Assembly (NCBI GenBank): GCA_048882385.1 | Contig: JBHLRQ010000036.1 | Location: 1 to 27,119, forward strand | From: Candidatus Thorarchaeota archaeon | GTDB lineage: Archaea > Asgardarchaeota > Thorarchaeia > Thorarchaeales > Thorarchaeaceae | DNA: 27,119 bases | Direction of reading: 5' to 3' | Position numbers and translations under genes: made by a program | In this document: positions 26,415 through 27,119 of the stretch, in pieces | Layout: every line of letters begins with the position of its first letter | How positions within the stretch are numbered: the stretch's first letter is position 1 | The notes under the pieces: model-generated | What the model saw: the letters and a program-made list of their open reading frames with translations, nothing else | Database searches by the model: none | Told to the model about the DNA's origin: nothing

Positions 26415-27119
26415 CTATTCAAAAGATGGCGGGTCGAAAATAACCCGGTCTAGATCAAGTGCACTATTTGCTTCTGCAACAGCTGATGCTATAGCATTTG
26501 CAATGAGTGCAACAGATGCAAAGATCTCCTTTGAGTGAAGCAAAGACCCAAACATGATGGCATCTGTCGCAAACAACTGTGCAGCTACAGTAGCAGCAAC
26601 GATGGTTGCTATCTGAGTCGATGTATCATCAAGTCCCTTCTGTCTGATGAACCTCCAGGCAGATGGTGCGTTGTGAGGAGCAAGACATGTGGGAAGACCT
26701 AGTTCAGATTTAACAGCGAGTGTCGTTCGGTGCTCTAGTCCATAGCCAGCCCCAACAGGCATAGTGGCGGGATCTATGATTACCTTTGTTATTCCTAGAG
26801 ACTCTGAGAGCGTAAGGACATCACGAATAGTGTCCATTCGTTCTGGTAGTGATGTTGCCTTAGGAGACCATCCAAGGATGACAGCCATCTCAATTGAACT
26901 TTGTTTCAACCTCTCCTTTTCTTCGTCCTTCATTGAGAGATTTATTGAATTGTAAATGGCACGATTGACCAAACCTGTTTCTTCGCAGTATTCAATTGCT
27001 CGAAAACGAGCATCAGAGTTTGTCGATTCGAACATGAAAGGTCCTTCAAAGTTTTCAGCAAGCCAGGAGAGGTGTTTTTCCATAGCTTTAGGAGTTCTAC
27101 CAAAAGCTTGAATCACAAG
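26415..27119 (-). CDS. mtrH: Second, divergent MtrH paralog (5' end outside the window)
   Basis: PFMFEST, RAIYNSIN, IIDPA and HNAPSAW motifs. The frame is open to the window edge. Confidence 0.82.
   Translation of the reverse strand, partial: LVIQAFGRTPKAMEKHLSWLAENFEGPFMFESTNSDARFRAIEYCEETGLVNRAIYNSINLSMKDEEKERLKQSSIEMAVILGWSPKATSLPERMDTIRDVLTLSESLGITKVIIDPATMPVGAGYGLEHRTTLAVKSELGLPTCLAPHNAPSAWRFIRQKGLDDTSTQIATIVAATVAAQLFATDAIMFGSLLHSKEIFASVALIANAIASAVAEANSALDLDRVIFDPPSFE

Noticed and set aside
1415-26955. Numerous short ORF-track entries antisense to or nested in called genes (e.g. 2787-3080, 7959-8387, 13401-13982, 15864-16259)
   Set aside because: They are shadow frames of well-supported genes and have no recognisable motifs.
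23347-27119. Evidence that the organism is a methanogen
   Set aside because: No mcr or membrane mtr subunits are in view, and MtrA lacks its anchor. MtrA/MtrH homologues occur in non-methanogens.

Overview
Archaeal chromosomal window, most consistent with an Asgard archaeon (probably Thorarchaeia). This is inferred from two Rab-like GTPases, a roadblock protein, a divergent EF-2 paralog, a soluble MtrA/MtrH set and a NosD-like surface protein. Left to right: (i) an accessory array (1-2890) just downstream of class III ribonucleotide reductase nrdD, in which unrelated single genes are separated by three extra copies of the nrdD 3' end that differ almost only at synonymous sites; (ii) a dNTP-supply locus (thioredoxin-like gene plus nrdD, divergent thyA), an Lrp regulator with a Cys-rich tail, a hexapeptide acetyltransferase and an EF-2 paralog; (iii) a signalling/trafficking-like cluster (alpha-helical repeat protein, two KaiC-like ATPases, thioredoxin, roadblock, Rab-like GTPase, WD40, HEAT plus appendage-like protein, second Rab-like GTPase); (iv) a PolB2 pair; (v) larC, cofE, methanogenesis marker 14 and mtrH-mtrA-mtrH. 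The strongest novel signal is the nrdD-anchored cassette array, which has one gene per repeat and no integrase in view. All family assignments come from motif recognition, not database searches.
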